The notes beneath the pieces are model-generated. The model saw only the letters and a list, made by a program, of their open reading frames with translations, was not told where the DNA came from and did not search any database. A stretch of 64,000 bases of DNA from positions 29,905-93,904 of the IMG/VR virus record IMGVR_UViG_3300019754_000001. One strand, 5' to 3'. The stretch comes from a virus. Numbering within the stretch: the stretch's first letter is position 1; each line of letters opens with the position of its first letter. The translations under genes were made by a program, and so were the position numbers. Positions 31,301 to 40,938 of the stretch are shown here, piece by piece.

Positions 31301-32527
31301 TGTTAAATCAAAATCTATATTATCTTTCCAATTAACATCTGTACTATCTATATAAACATTCCCATCAGAATTAGTCAATACTGCTTGGCCACTACTATTA
31401 AATCTATAAGCTCTTGCATCAAAATCAATATCAAAATAATCTTCTTCAAGATTAGCTAAAAATAAAGTATTATCTTTAATAGCGTGTGTCTTTGGACTTA
31501 TAAATGGTTTTAATAGATTCAACTCTCCTATATCTACGGTTGATAAGATACTATCATATTTAACATCCTGTAGTAGTGAAGTTCCACTCCCTTCATAAAT
31601 TATACTAGCCTCCCCTGTACCATTTAATTCTGAAAACCAAACACGTAGTACTTGGCAATTTGTTGCCATTTTAGCTGAAGGTATAGATAATCCAACAGTA
31701 GTATTAATGTAACCAGTATCATTAGTACTATATTCTCCAAATACTTTATTTGTTGTTGAGTTATTGATAGTTGAACTAATAGGTGTTAGCCCTGTTAGTT
31801 GAACCCATTCAGTATAACCACCATTCTCATATCCTCTTATGTAGTAAATGTAAACACCTACCCTTAAATTACCACCTATATAAGATGCTGTTCTGAATGG
31901 TATATAGGTTTGAGAAGGCATTATATCTAAATCTTCTGAAGTTAAAGAATTTATCCTTGTGTAAGACCCTTGAAGTAGGGGGTCTTCACTAACCTCATTA
32001 GTAAAATCAGGAGCTATATTCAGATGCTTAAGTTTAGTATTACCCCCCTCACCTTTTGAGTAAAAGTAAAGTTTTACTAAGTCATCCTTCTCTCTATTAA
32101 CAAATGCATCTACTATGCCGTTACTTAAAATGCCAGCATATTTATCATCAATTAATACTATTCTAGTGTAACTAATATCTCCATACTTCAATAAATCTAT
32201 TTTAATGTTTCCGGTATTATTAGTATCTTTATAAATTAAAATTATATCATCTTTATCGTTTATCCCTTTACTTATAACCCAATTATTGTTGTAAGGGCTT
32301 GAAGCATCAGCAGTTGAAGTTACATCAGTAGGCCATACTACTGACATTAATGTATTACCATTTGAATTAACTGCTACTCCTTTACTGTTATTCTCATCTT
32401 TATAAATATCTCCATTTAACATATACCTGTACTTACCTTGTTGTAAGTGTAGGGATGGAGAATCTTTATCTATTCCGCTTGTAAATATATTAAACTGTTC
32501 CATAGAGGAAAGTATGTCGCGCGACAA
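28319..32527 (-). CDS. tail stabilisation / muzzle protein (P22 gp10-like)
   Basis: 1402 aa, beta-rich; DEIYRVAVV...SSAKWIGDIRTP and YSDTKVNGETLDSFLSFRVNNF motifs; synteny. Confidence 0.8.
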   Translation of the reverse strand: MSRDILSSMEQFNIFTSGIDKDSPSLHLQQGKYRYMLNGDIYKDENNSKGVAVNSNGNTLMSVVWPTDVTSTADASSPYNNNWVISKGINDKDDIILIYKDTNNTGNIKIDLLKYGDISYTRIVLIDDKYAGILSNGIVDAFVNREKDDLVKLYFYSKGEGGNTKLKHLNIAPDFTNEVSEDPLLQGSYTRINSLTSEDLDIMPSQTYIPFRTASYIGGNLRVGVYIYYIRGYENGGYTEWVQLTGLTPISSTINNSTTNKVFGEYSTNDTGYINTTVGLSIPSAKMATNCQVLRVWFSELNGTGEASIIYEGSGTSLLQDVKYDSILSTVDIGELNLLKPFISPKTHAIKDNTLFLANLEEDYFDIDFDARAYRFNSSGQAVLTNSDGNVYIDSTDVNWKDNIDFDLTDDLVNPFNTNYASGYKFNQAGVLGGEGKNVSYSFLLRSITVGDTESLLNGTDSTLLTQFCQFDEIYRVAVVVHDKYLRRSSAKWIGDIRTPRHDEMSASNDTDEIKAFGLILAVDINVTDYPELYDSYFSLAVVKRDFTDRRILYEGVAVGAATYDQVNAGNSYLTSTTTTKVPSNPTAGGTIYNGEGLSGSDKIDTRLYFYSPEISVFKNSKVTGLKIELIGKLSNIGANEYFNPTGDFFNALALSYPSSFGAYAKYPHFEPIEYDSDNIKDIIDSETIEPGNQVSIDGDLFLNKVHDFVWTSSDSSSGFTVQGDGATAIGIKCDSLTNAMALLDSTHLGYFAIKRDVYPYGGGSYQSRLSSIYVLQGTPRKPAKIYIPELNYIAETGYTGDVFPNLFELQRVINPYSALTSNAKYAELIAFPVASTVNTNLFVGKNPTESTLNTIPGEFREEGNYLKDDGTEVDYPPLYKYNSVYSQTDTGSYAVEKDYSNNQLEKFPTKVAYSDTKVNGETLDSFLSFRVNNFNSAENRLGPVNHMIEKNGNVYVFQDSGMSLARINTRTQIPQDDGTTALMGISTVLDGFTYISDNVGIQKLNEALTSNSYIYFMDINKKKIYRYSSSLEPISDLMGIASHAKKTIDLNTTLIGGYDSITSNMLLTIRNEANGYLYDDIYFDVGSIIGYTYIYGDSSKLLMNIGNIYTLSGEGQSGEYLLYEIFEGGVAFTYVSGYTFGSGDSINMSKYIEEPDSYTLKINEPINAVISYMSFIPSIYIKRFKQFVLSGDSRSLYEYDKVNTNKGEFFGVVYPFVVSYEVGNELPINKQLDALSIHNKIYRYGIDTFNKFSYLEASNISNKTISEITSYGDRARTEHIPIYVKNAEVPTEYTTIDTVKVYTDDIDDVVFTESNRTIYEAEGVKILPYKDYLFNTRNSLNSFNLAMPRLKTGQLDEGGRLVTERIRGKQLVVKLIYDNSIAVDEIRIYNTRTFYSTSTEL

Positions 32528-32531
32528 CTGC

Positions 32532-33200
32532 TTAATCTACAACTCTAACTGCTCCAGAGTTGCTATAAAGCGGCTGCAACCTAGATAATGGCATTATTGA
32601 ACTAAGTCCAAACCACTCATTCATGGCATCAAAGTCTGGCATCAGTGTAGCTGTAGTAGCCGTATTAACATAATATAACCAATCTCTTTCAAACTCCCTA
32701 TAAACTCTCTCATCCACCTTATTATTAATCCAAAGCTTTTTTGATATGTTATACATAACAAAGGAATAAAGAGCTTGTATTACCTCCTCACTATTTAAAA
32801 TTAGAGGGTTTCCCATTTCATCTCTAGGGAATTCTATAACTTCAACATCGAGAGTCCCCTCCTCAAAGTTGGTATGTATGTTCATGCCGTTAATCATGTA
32901 GGCTGGTGTATTTAAATACCGAACATCCATAAATGATTCTACTTTAGACATTGGAAGTCCGTTATATGTTATACTTCTTAAAAAATTAACGCTTTCAGGA
33001 AATGTTCCCATCTTACCTTCTACTTTAACTTCTATGATTCTTTTAACATTAAATCTAGGACTACCTATTTTTCTTAAGGCTCTATATACATATTGTTTTA
33101 CTTTAGGAACTTGTGCCTCCCTAGTGAAAGTACTGTTAGGCATATCTGAGTGCAATCTACTCATGAACTTTTCAAAACTAATAAAATTTACGCTACTCAT
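32532..33200 (-). CDS. tail tubular / ring protein (P22 gp4-like)
   Basis: 222 aa; IHTNFEEG...PRDEMGNPLI...ALYSFV pattern; directly upstream of the muzzle gene. Confidence 0.7.
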   Translation of the reverse strand: MSSVNFISFEKFMSRLHSDMPNSTFTREAQVPKVKQYVYRALRKIGSPRFNVKRIIEVKVEGKMGTFPESVNFLRSITYNGLPMSKVESFMDVRYLNTPAYMINGMNIHTNFEEGTLDVEVIEFPRDEMGNPLILNSEEVIQALYSFVMYNISKKLWINNKVDERVYREFERDWLYYVNTATTATLMPDFDAMNEWFGLSSIMPLSRLQPLYSNSGAVRVVD

Positions 33201-33654
33201 GTAATTTGTGTATTAACTTATAATGGTGTGGGTATATGTATAAACTATACAGTCTGTTATTCTTAAACCTCCCTTTAAAAAATCTTATTGCATATAAGTT
33301 AAATAATAGGAAATTATAACTACCACTAGTCTTGTCATATTTTTTTATACTCTTATCTTCTTTTTTTGGATAAGTTGTCCTAAATACCTTACCCCTATTG
33401 TCAAGTACAACACTAGGACTTCTTTCTATTATCCTCAGTATCCCTAAGTTACTTGGCAACTTTGCTATGTAGAATTCTGTTGCTACTTTATTAAAGACCT
33501 CCTCATAAAAATCATTAACTACCTCAGTGAAGACTTCTTTAGAGATATTGGAAAGTTTTCCTTTATTCCTAGCTGCTTCATATATATCTGAGGTAGTTAC
33601 TGTTTTTGCCTTTGTTATTTTATTTCTAAGGCTATTTATTCTCCCTTCCGTCAT
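33193..33654 (-). CDS. HU/IHF-like protein of the crAss-like tail module
   Basis: Helical N-terminus then KLPSNLGILRII; conserved position. Confidence 0.55.
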   Translation of the reverse strand: MTEGRINSLRNKITKAKTVTTSDIYEAARNKGKLSNISKEVFTEVVNDFYEEVFNKVATEFYIAKLPSNLGILRIIERSPSVVLDNRGKVFRTTYPKKEDKSIKKYDKTSGSYNFLLFNLYAIRFFKGRFKNNRLYSLYIYPHHYKLIHKLHE

Positions 33655-34306
33655 TTTCTAATGTAGGTCTAATACTCATCGGAACATTTAGTTTTTTAAC
33701 TACTTCACCTAAAATGTATTCCCACAGTGCATAGTTAATTGGATAATCATCCCTCTCAACATCATAATAACTCTTACCGTTTATATCTTTGTAGTAAGAT
33801 ACTAGTATTGGATTCTCACATATTAAATCTACTCTTATGTGAGTAAAGAGGGATGCTTTAAAGTTTGCTTCTGGAACTTTTATATAAATATATCCATTAT
33901 CATAATAGGCATATATATCATTTTCTGTATAGTCTTCAAAATTAACCCATTCTGCAGAAGCCTTATCTACCACAGTAACGCTATACCCCCCAAACTCTTC
34001 TATACTGATTTTCTCTAGTGCTAATCTTTCTTTGAAGTTTATTGGTTTTGGTATCTTTACTTTAGTCTTTAGTAGCTTTATTTTTCTATTACTTAAAGTA
34101 GTGCCCACTACAGGCACCACTTCTAAATAACCAATTGTTTGTACTACATTATCTTCTATTGTCTTATTAGCATTTACTTCATTCTTTATAAATAAAGCCC
34201 TTTGAGAATTAATGATAGAAGTATAAAATCTATCATCCATTCTAGTTTCATCTTTATCTAATCTTAAAAGAAGTTTAACTTCATCTATATATTGTCTTAT
34301 TACCAT
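33632..34306 (-). CDS. tail ring protein
   Basis: 224 aa; N-terminal DDR...INSQRALFIK and C-terminal DDYPI...I motif; synteny. Confidence 0.6.
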   Translation of the reverse strand: MVIRQYIDEVKLLLRLDKDETRMDDRFYTSIINSQRALFIKNEVNANKTIEDNVVQTIGYLEVVPVVGTTLSNRKIKLLKTKVKIPKPINFKERLALEKISIEEFGGYSVTVVDKASAEWVNFEDYTENDIYAYYDNGYIYIKVPEANFKASLFTHIRVDLICENPILVSYYKDINGKSYYDVERDDYPINYALWEYILGEVVKKLNVPMSIRPTLENDGRENK

Positions 34307-34785
34307 TATCTGTCAAGTTTATCAACTACCCATTCTATCTTCTGGTTAAAGTTTTCTGTTGTTGTATTTCTATCTTTTATACTAACTGTTAGTAGCTTAA
34401 CAGCTTCTGCTACATTTTCATTACTCTCTGATATACTATTAAAGGCCATAGAGTTTTCTTTAACAATCTCAAGTAGTTTTGTTTCAGAGCATTCCAAGTG
34501 TTCTATGAATTTACTAACTGTGCCTTCTCTAAGTTCTACAGCTGCATCTCTGTCTGCTCTTAGTGTTGCTATTTCTTCCTTATACTTCTCTAGCATTTTC
34601 CTATGGGTAGCAGATACCTCAGCCATTTGCTTATTCGATAGCTTCGCTAAATACCTTACAGTATATATTAAAGCTATTAAGAACAAGCCGAGGGAGCCTT
34701 TGTCCAATAGAAATGCACTAATACTTACGACATCTGGTGCCCCTGTATTAAGTATTACAAGTAGAAAGGGTAGCATATACATCAC
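34306..34785 (-). CDS. membrane protein with coiled coil, holin-like (start may be ATG 34782)
   Basis: Hydrophobic helix SLGLFLIALIYTVRYL followed by a charged heptad region. Confidence 0.5.
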   Translation of the reverse strand: MMYMLPFLLVILNTGAPDVVSISAFLLDKGSLGLFLIALIYTVRYLAKLSNKQMAEVSATHRKMLEKYKEEIATLRADRDAAVELREGTVSKFIEHLECSETKLLEIVKENSMAFNSISESNENVAEAVKLLTVSIKDRNTTTENFNQKIEWVVDKLDR

Positions 34786-35254
34786 TTGGTTGTGTTGATT
34801 CTACATCGGTGAAAGTATTTGGAAATAATACATTATAGCATCTAGCAGTATCTTCAGAACATATCCTTTTGAGGGGACTATTTAACTTAATATCTGTTAT
34901 ATCTTTTAAAGGTTGTTTAAGAAGTAAATTAACAAAGTCATATTCACTACGTTGATTATGGCAATAGCCGTTAAAAACTTCCAACCTTTCAGATTTCTTA
35001 GTCTCTTCATAAATTCCGTATATTCGATTTTCGTACTCTTTTAGATATGTTATTAGATCTATTTTAATATTTCCATCTTTTTCCATTTCCCTGACCATCA
35101 TATTCCCGTCAGGAGATTTATACACTATTGCAGTATGAGTTACCTTTCCTTGAAACTTTTCAATTAAGAGACTTAACCAAGCTCTAAATGAAAAGAATTT
35201 AAATGGCCTGCGTGTTATAAATATAACACTTCCTTCTTTTAAGTTTTTATTCAT
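34748..35254 (-). CDS. permuted papain-like (YiiX/YebB, NlpC/P60 superfamily) enzyme
   Basis: GSVIF...THTAIV...YDF...ICSE, i.e. His before Cys. Confidence 0.7.
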   Translation of the reverse strand: MNKNLKEGSVIFITRRPFKFFSFRAWLSLLIEKFQGKVTHTAIVYKSPDGNMMVREMEKDGNIKIDLITYLKEYENRIYGIYEETKKSERLEVFNGYCHNQRSEYDFVNLLLKQPLKDITDIKLNSPLKRICSEDTARCYNVLFPNTFTDVESTQPSDVYATLSTCNT

Positions 35255-35757
35255 ATTCTTCTATTTGTTGTAATATAAAATCCGTTAACTTTAATTGAAG
35301 CTCCGTCTTCACTACTGAATACTATTTCAGCAGGATTATCCCTTGTCCCCACATTACCTATATAGAAACCAGACATTCCTACTAATTGATACTCTCCAGC
35401 AGCTTTAAATTGCCACGTGCCTATATGTAAACTGTATTGATTACCTCCTATATCACATACTAAATCTAAATCAGCTTCTTGATTAATAGCAGTAGTGGTA
35501 ACCAATAAATCAGTTCTTATTATTAATTGATCTCCTAAAGAAAAGCCACTAAAGTCAAACTGGCTTGTTTGTGAATTAAATATACTATCTATATCTAAGG
35601 GCTTATATTCTTCTGTAGAATAAGGCCCATTCTTATCGCAAGGTATAGTTAAATTTCCAGAAATATATGATAAGGGAGTTGTTTGAGTTGTTAAGTCATT
35701 CAAATCCCAAAATCCATTAATTGGTAATCTAACTACCTTAGTAAAATTAGTTCCCAT
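35251..35757 (-). CDS. putative fibre/structural beta-sandwich protein
   Basis: 168 aa beta-rich ORF in the fibre block. Confidence 0.55.
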   Translation of the reverse strand: MGTNFTKVVRLPINGFWDLNDLTTQTTPLSYISGNLTIPCDKNGPYSTEEYKPLDIDSIFNSQTSQFDFSGFSLGDQLIIRTDLLVTTTAINQEADLDLVCDIGGNQYSLHIGTWQFKAAGEYQLVGMSGFYIGNVGTRDNPAEIVFSSEDGASIKVNGFYITTNRRI

Positions 35758-36404
35758 TATACATGTTTTGAATATTCTGTTTCAGAACCTCTTGAATCGT
35801 ATTCTATATGAGCATCTACAAATACAGCCTCAACATTCCCACTATTGCTATCTGTTCTTGCTAATCTAAATTCTATTGTTGAAGATATACTGTGACCACT
35901 TAAATCTACATTGACTAATCTTGTTATTTGGTTAATAGACCCAGTTCCTGGATATGTAAATACATTATTAACTGAAGTAGAAGATGTAGCAGTTGTCCAT
36001 TCTGTAGCAACTACCTGAGAATTATCTTGTATTCTATATTGGACAGTGAATATCTTTTCAGCAGCGTCAGCCTGTTTCCAATGTATGTGGAGTCTCATTT
36101 CTGAATCAGGTTTAGCTCCATGGGGCTTTTGAAAATTAAATATAAGTCTGTCATTAGAATCAGATATATCTCCTCCGGGCTGCATAGTTATTGAATTATC
36201 TTCATAATTATAATCAACTGTTCCAGATGTACTTGTCAATCTTCTACCTGTTAAACTTCCTGTTAAATCATCCCATATAGTAGCATCTCCTCGATGCCTC
36301 ATATCACCAGTCTCACTGAACTCAGTATAATTACCTCCACTTACATCACCTATCTTTAGTTCAGGAGGATTAACTATAGATGTTCTAATAAATCCTGTTC
36401 CCAT
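35757..36404 (-). CDS. putative fibre/structural protein
   Basis: 215 aa; WDDL...FQKPH...HIHW...DAHIEYD jelly-roll-like pattern. Confidence 0.55.
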   Translation of the reverse strand: MGTGFIRTSIVNPPELKIGDVSGGNYTEFSETGDMRHRGDATIWDDLTGSLTGRRLTSTSGTVDYNYEDNSITMQPGGDISDSNDRLIFNFQKPHGAKPDSEMRLHIHWKQADAAEKIFTVQYRIQDNSQVVATEWTTATSSTSVNNVFTYPGTGSINQITRLVNVDLSGHSISSTIEFRLARTDSNSGNVEAVFVDAHIEYDSRGSETEYSKHV

Positions 36405-36406
36405 AA

Positions 36407-37267
36407 TTAAACTATTTTAAGTATTTCTATACTACCTGTTGTAATCACATAAGCTAAAGCTCCTAAAGTATTATTTAAACTTGCCGTGAATAAGTAAGCT
36501 GCACTTGCTTGAGCTGTATCTCCTAATATACTACCTGTAAAATCAGAACTTGTTATAAATGTTACAGATTTTGCTCCAGAAGCTACTGTTCCATCCGCAA
36601 TAACAGTAGTCTTACTAGGAGTTTCAGTAGTTGTAGCTATTGATACTGGTTGTGTATCAGTTAAATTTGCCTTTAATGCAATTTCAACTAATAAGCTATC
36701 TAGCACTGTTTTAACTAAAGCTAATGTAGTTTCTGTCGAAGCGCCTGAAGCTAAAGGTAAAGTTGCTATACTGACCGGTTGGGTTTCTGATAAATCAGCT
36801 TTTGATTGCAACTCTGTAAGGAGATTAACTAAAGAAGTAGTTATATCCCCAGTATCTATATTTATACTACCATCAGCATTTATAGATAATAAATTAGTTC
36901 CATCTCCTATTCTAGTGCTATCAAAATTAACACCTAGATGACTTAACTGCACTGCTAAGTCTCCAGCTGTTATATTAATATCCCCAGTCACTCCAGTCAA
37001 CTTAACTGGGAGGGGAGCATTATTACTTGGAGTAGCTATATCTTCAGTTACTGTAACTTCAGTTCCATTTAAACTAAATCTAGCTAATGAATACTGGTCT
37101 TCAGTCGCATCTGCCTTGGCCTGTAAATCTGATAGTATTGAAGATAAGTTAGCTAGTATCGATGCTGAGTTAGCTTCTACTACGCTCCCGGTATTAGATA
37201 ATGCGGGGGAGTTTAATAGAAAGCTGCCCAGCCTTAAAAATAGTATTTCTGCCTGTGTTAACGCCAT
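36407..37267 (-). CDS. putative fibre protein with internal repeats
   Basis: 286 aa, S/T/A-rich; repeats LQSKADLSETQPVSIAT and IALKANLTDTQPVSIAT. Confidence 0.6.
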   Translation of the reverse strand: MALTQAEILFLRLGSFLLNSPALSNTGSVVEANSASILANLSSILSDLQAKADATEDQYSLARFSLNGTEVTVTEDIATPSNNAPLPVKLTGVTGDINITAGDLAVQLSHLGVNFDSTRIGDGTNLLSINADGSINIDTGDITTSLVNLLTELQSKADLSETQPVSIATLPLASGASTETTLALVKTVLDSLLVEIALKANLTDTQPVSIATTTETPSKTTVIADGTVASGAKSVTFITSSDFTGSILGDTAQASAAYLFTASLNNTLGALAYVITTGSIEILKIV

Positions 37268-37292
37268 AATTAAATTATTTAATATTCTGTGT

Positions 37293-37685
37293 TTATGTTT
37301 CGTTTATTATGCTTGGAATGTTAATATCTGAATACTCTGTAGATATTAGTTTAATTACAGTCGATTCAGGAAAAACAACTTCCTCATTCTCATTAAAATT
37401 CTCAACTGTAGATATTAAAACTATTCCAGTCTCTTCTGGAAATCTTCCAATCTCTTCTCCCTGCTCTTGAGTAGATATAGTAATAACATCAGTAAGTGTA
37501 TCATCTGCATATACTTTCATATTTACATCAGATGTTGTATAAGTATCATTTGCAACTTGACCTACAAATGAACTACCTTGATAGTAGTCGTCACCTTGAT
37601 AAGTGATATAACCTACACCATCTACTGTGTTACTTACAGTATACCTTGTCCCTATTTGTATATTTCCACTAATTACTTCTATCAT
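37293..37685 (-). CDS. hypothetical structural protein (130 aa)
   Basis: Coupled to the upstream gene; duplicated FPE.T.I.LIST motif. Confidence 0.6.
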   Translation of the reverse strand: MIEVISGNIQIGTRYTVSNTVDGVGYITYQGDDYYQGSSFVGQVANDTYTTSDVNMKVYADDTLTDVITISTQEQGEEIGRFPEETGIVLISTVENFNENEEVVFPESTVIKLISTEYSDINIPSIINET

Positions 37686-39229
37686 TATGATTTAGCATTA
37701 TCTACCTGTATTGTTATTTTTCTTTGCTCCCATCGTAACGGGACTCTCGTTGCTGTTGCATAGCTAAATCCTGTATCTGCATCTCCGAGTAAACCATCTG
37801 CTGACATCATTGGCGGCATTGCTGTTGTTCCGTCATAAGCCTTTATGTAAAATTTCAAATAGTTTAACCCTGATAACGTTGGGTCTGTTTTACTAAATTT
37901 ACATTCAATTGTAGGTCTTTTGCTTGGATATAATTCTCTCAACACACCTGCTCCACTTGACGTTATTACATAAGAAGCGCTATCCGCATAGAAGTTCTCG
38001 CCTACTGCTAAAACAATTACACCTGTTCCGTCATCTACGCTAAGCGTTTCACTTTCACATACGTAAGTTGAACCATTTGTCAGCGTATCTGTGTCTCCTA
38101 ATGTTGTGTTTGCCGTATCTTTATCAGCATTAGTGTATTCACCATTCCGCATAGCTTCAATAACACCATTACCCCATTCTTCGACTAATACAATTTTACT
38201 GTTATCTCGAATATTTGATTCTACAACCCCAATAGATGACGTGGATATTAGATTACCGCTTGCGTCTATGTTTGTTAGTGTGAAGTCTGTCGGAAATGAC
38301 CACGCTCTACCAACAGGCACAGCTCCGATATGCTTTCCTGTTACATAGTTAGCTGTTGCCGAAGGACTCAGGGGGTCTAATGCAAAACCTGCTTTTGTTC
38401 CACTTGTTTGGTCTACGAAGCAAGGTGTTGTTGATGCGTCATACACATCACAATTTGGAAAGTAATCTGTATAAACTCCACCATATAGCAATGCGGCACG
38501 CTCACGCAATGCTCTCATATCGTTCTGTGTAGATAAATCAGGGGTAGTCTCGTTGTAAGGGATAGAACCATCATAAGTAACATAACCGTAAGCATCTGAG
38601 GCAATATCTATTAAACAGCTATAAAAATGATTGTATTTTAATTTCGTTGAAAACGCCGTGGTTAAACTCAAATTGCAACTATTGTATATGTTGTTTATGT
38701 AATCATTTACCTGATTAACATCATAAACCCTCAAGAAAATATCCGATAAGTAAAAAGTATTGTTTTTTACTATTGGTGTTCCATAAGAGCCATTATGAAA
38801 GGTTAACTCTGCGCAATTTAAAAATGTGTTGTTTTCAAAATTAGTTCCTATGCCTAAAGTTGAAAGGTTTGAAGTAGCAAGTAAACTGATGCTTTCTAAA
38901 AAACAATATTTAAAATAATTATTCCCCCCCCTTAATGAAGATATGTCATTATACCCGACTATGTACAGATTTATAAAATTGTATATTGATAAATTGAGAC
39001 TTGAACTTGTTGTTAGTGTATTAAATAACGTCCCGTCCAATACTACATTTCCAATGCCAATGAAATCTTTTGTTGCTGCTAGGGATGTTAAAATCTCAAG
39101 ATATTTTCCATCTTGTATGTAGAGTGTATTATCAATCGCCAAAGCACTGTTAATTGATTGAAGGGGTGCATCTGATGCTCCATTTCCAAGGGTGTCGTTG
39201 CCGAATTTTGAACTTACATATTTTGCCAT
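37685..39229 (-). CDS. beta-helix tailspike / receptor-binding protein
   Basis: N-terminal YVS...GND...GASDAPLQSINSAL cap and Asn-ladder repeats (FENNTF, VKNNTFY, INNIYN). Confidence 0.65.
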   Translation of the reverse strand: MAKYVSSKFGNDTLGNGASDAPLQSINSALAIDNTLYIQDGKYLEILTSLAATKDFIGIGNVVLDGTLFNTLTTSSSLNLSIYNFINLYIVGYNDISSLRGGNNYFKYCFLESISLLATSNLSTLGIGTNFENNTFLNCAELTFHNGSYGTPIVKNNTFYLSDIFLRVYDVNQVNDYINNIYNSCNLSLTTAFSTKLKYNHFYSCLIDIASDAYGYVTYDGSIPYNETTPDLSTQNDMRALRERAALLYGGVYTDYFPNCDVYDASTTPCFVDQTSGTKAGFALDPLSPSATANYVTGKHIGAVPVGRAWSFPTDFTLTNIDASGNLISTSSIGVVESNIRDNSKIVLVEEWGNGVIEAMRNGEYTNADKDTANTTLGDTDTLTNGSTYVCESETLSVDDGTGVIVLAVGENFYADSASYVITSSGAGVLRELYPSKRPTIECKFSKTDPTLSGLNYLKFYIKAYDGTTAMPPMMSADGLLGDADTGFSYATATRVPLRWEQRKITIQVDNAKS

Positions 39230-39237
39230 AATTATAT

Positions 39238-39714
39238 TTATTTATCTTCTATTATTATTTGTGGATAAGTAGTTAATAATACATCACCGCCATCCATTTC
39301 GTTAAAATATACAATCTGTTCCGTGTCAGTGCTTTCAGTGAAATTACCTTGCTCTAATACCTTAGCTGTGAAATACTTTAATAAGTCTGTGCTTAACAAG
39401 TTACTCGGCACAACCATTCGCATTATACAATTATCATCTTTCCAACTTATTATATATTTTAAATCTTCTACTTTATAAACGATATCGTTATTTATCTCAC
39501 AATAAATATCTCCATTTAGATTAGTTTTATAAGAAAGCATATCCTTATAAAATCTTTCAGCATAAAATCTTATATTAACGCCATCTTGCTCAACTATTAC
39601 TTCTTGTCTATCTCCTTTGTATGCTGATTTTGTAAGCAAATCATTCATAGAAAACTTATTAAGTATTTCTATAACTATTTGTCTTTGTGCTTCTGTTAAA
39701 TTATAATAGCTCAT
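39238..39714 (-). CDS. hypothetical protein (158 aa)
   Basis: ORF in the fibre operon. Confidence 0.65.
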   Translation of the reverse strand: MSYYNLTEAQRQIVIEILNKFSMNDLLTKSAYKGDRQEVIVEQDGVNIRFYAERFYKDMLSYKTNLNGDIYCEINNDIVYKVEDLKYIISWKDDNCIMRMVVPSNLLSTDLLKYFTAKVLEQGNFTESTDTEQIVYFNEMDGGDVLLTTYPQIIIEDK

Positions 39715-39717
39715 ATT

Positions 39718-40596
39718 TTAAATTTTTGTTCCTTTAATTAACAGTACTCCATCAGTTGATGGGTCTATAAATGACACTACTTGTATTCTAAATATTTCAT
39801 TTGCCCCAATAGTTGTTCCAGGAATAAAAGCTCCGTAAGCCCCACCATTAAGACTTATTAAAATAGAAGTTATATTCTCTAATACAACACTGTCTAATGT
39901 TACAGCGACGTCTTTGGCTATGGCTATTGGTAAGTAGGTAGTTGGAAAATGAACTGTCCAATTTAATGAAGATATATCAAATTGAGTATTAACCCACTTA
40001 CCTCCAATATACTGCATAATATCATTTTCTGTAGGAGTGGTTAATGTAACATCGCTTAATGAATCTAAATCGTAAGTAGGCTTGTCAGAGATATTGCTCC
40101 AATTTACTATAGATTCCCCACCTGTTTGCAACTCAACCTTAGTGTAATAAGCACTTAAATCGATATCAACATTAACATCTCCCCACTCATACCTATTAAA
40201 TACACCTTTTTTTAAAAACTGACCTTCGTTACCACCAGCAGGTATATGAGAAACTCCTTCATCTTTTGCATGAAGTAGTACTCCATCTTTTAACACTATT
40301 GGATAAACAGCTTTAACTACTCCAGTATCACCTTTATCCCCTTTATCACCTTTAACTCTAGAAGGAGTACTCCAAGTTCCTAATCTCCTTAACTTAAATC
40401 TACTCCAAACATGGTAAGGTATCCACTTTCCATCCTCATAAGTTACAGGTCTATACTCATTACTCCAGTTAAATACAGGCTCAGTTCCTTTTGGATATTC
40501 ACCACTATCCCAATCCCACTCAATATCGGGGCTATACTGAAATATATAACCTATTGGAGATTCTATTGTATAGGGGCTGTTATCAATTTTTCCCAT
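39718..40596 (-). CDS. tail fibre protein
   Basis: KGDKGDKGDTG collagen-like triplets; DLSAYYTK, VNWSNISDKP and LDSLSDV fibre motifs. Confidence 0.7.
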   Translation of the reverse strand: MGKIDNSPYTIESPIGYIFQYSPDIEWDWDSGEYPKGTEPVFNWSNEYRPVTYEDGKWIPYHVWSRFKLRRLGTWSTPSRVKGDKGDKGDTGVVKAVYPIVLKDGVLLHAKDEGVSHIPAGGNEGQFLKKGVFNRYEWGDVNVDIDLSAYYTKVELQTGGESIVNWSNISDKPTYDLDSLSDVTLTTPTENDIMQYIGGKWVNTQFDISSLNWTVHFPTTYLPIAIAKDVAVTLDSVVLENITSILISLNGGAYGAFIPGTTIGANEIFRIQVVSFIDPSTDGVLLIKGTKI

Positions 40597-40937
40597 CCAT
40601 TTTTAGTTTTAATTCTTACATTAATTCCATCTGTGTATATAGTACCGACTTCTGCATTTTTTTCTATTGCCTTATTTCTTAACATATTTATATTCTTAGT
40701 ACTATCTAAATCTATTTTATTTTTATCTTTTTTCGTATTATTCATCTCCATCTTTAACTTACTTAAAGTACCTTTTAACTCTTTTACCTCTAAATCAATA
40801 CTCATAATACTACTTAGCATTTTACCAAAAGTTACTTTAAACTTCTCCCCTTCAGAAGTAATACCTAGAAGATGAGATACATCTTCTAGGGTTGCTTCTT
40901 TATATAAATGCACTTTAGGACTTGATTCCTTATTCAT
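40563..40937 (-). CDS. hypothetical protein with coiled coil (124 aa)
   Basis: ORF in operon. Confidence 0.65.
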   Translation of the reverse strand: MNKESSPKVHLYKEATLEDVSHLLGITSEGEKFKVTFGKMLSSIMSIDLEVKELKGTLSKLKMEMNNTKKDKNKIDLDSTKNINMLRNKAIEKNAEVGTIYTDGINVRIKTKNGWEKLITAPIQ

Positions 40938-40938
40938 C

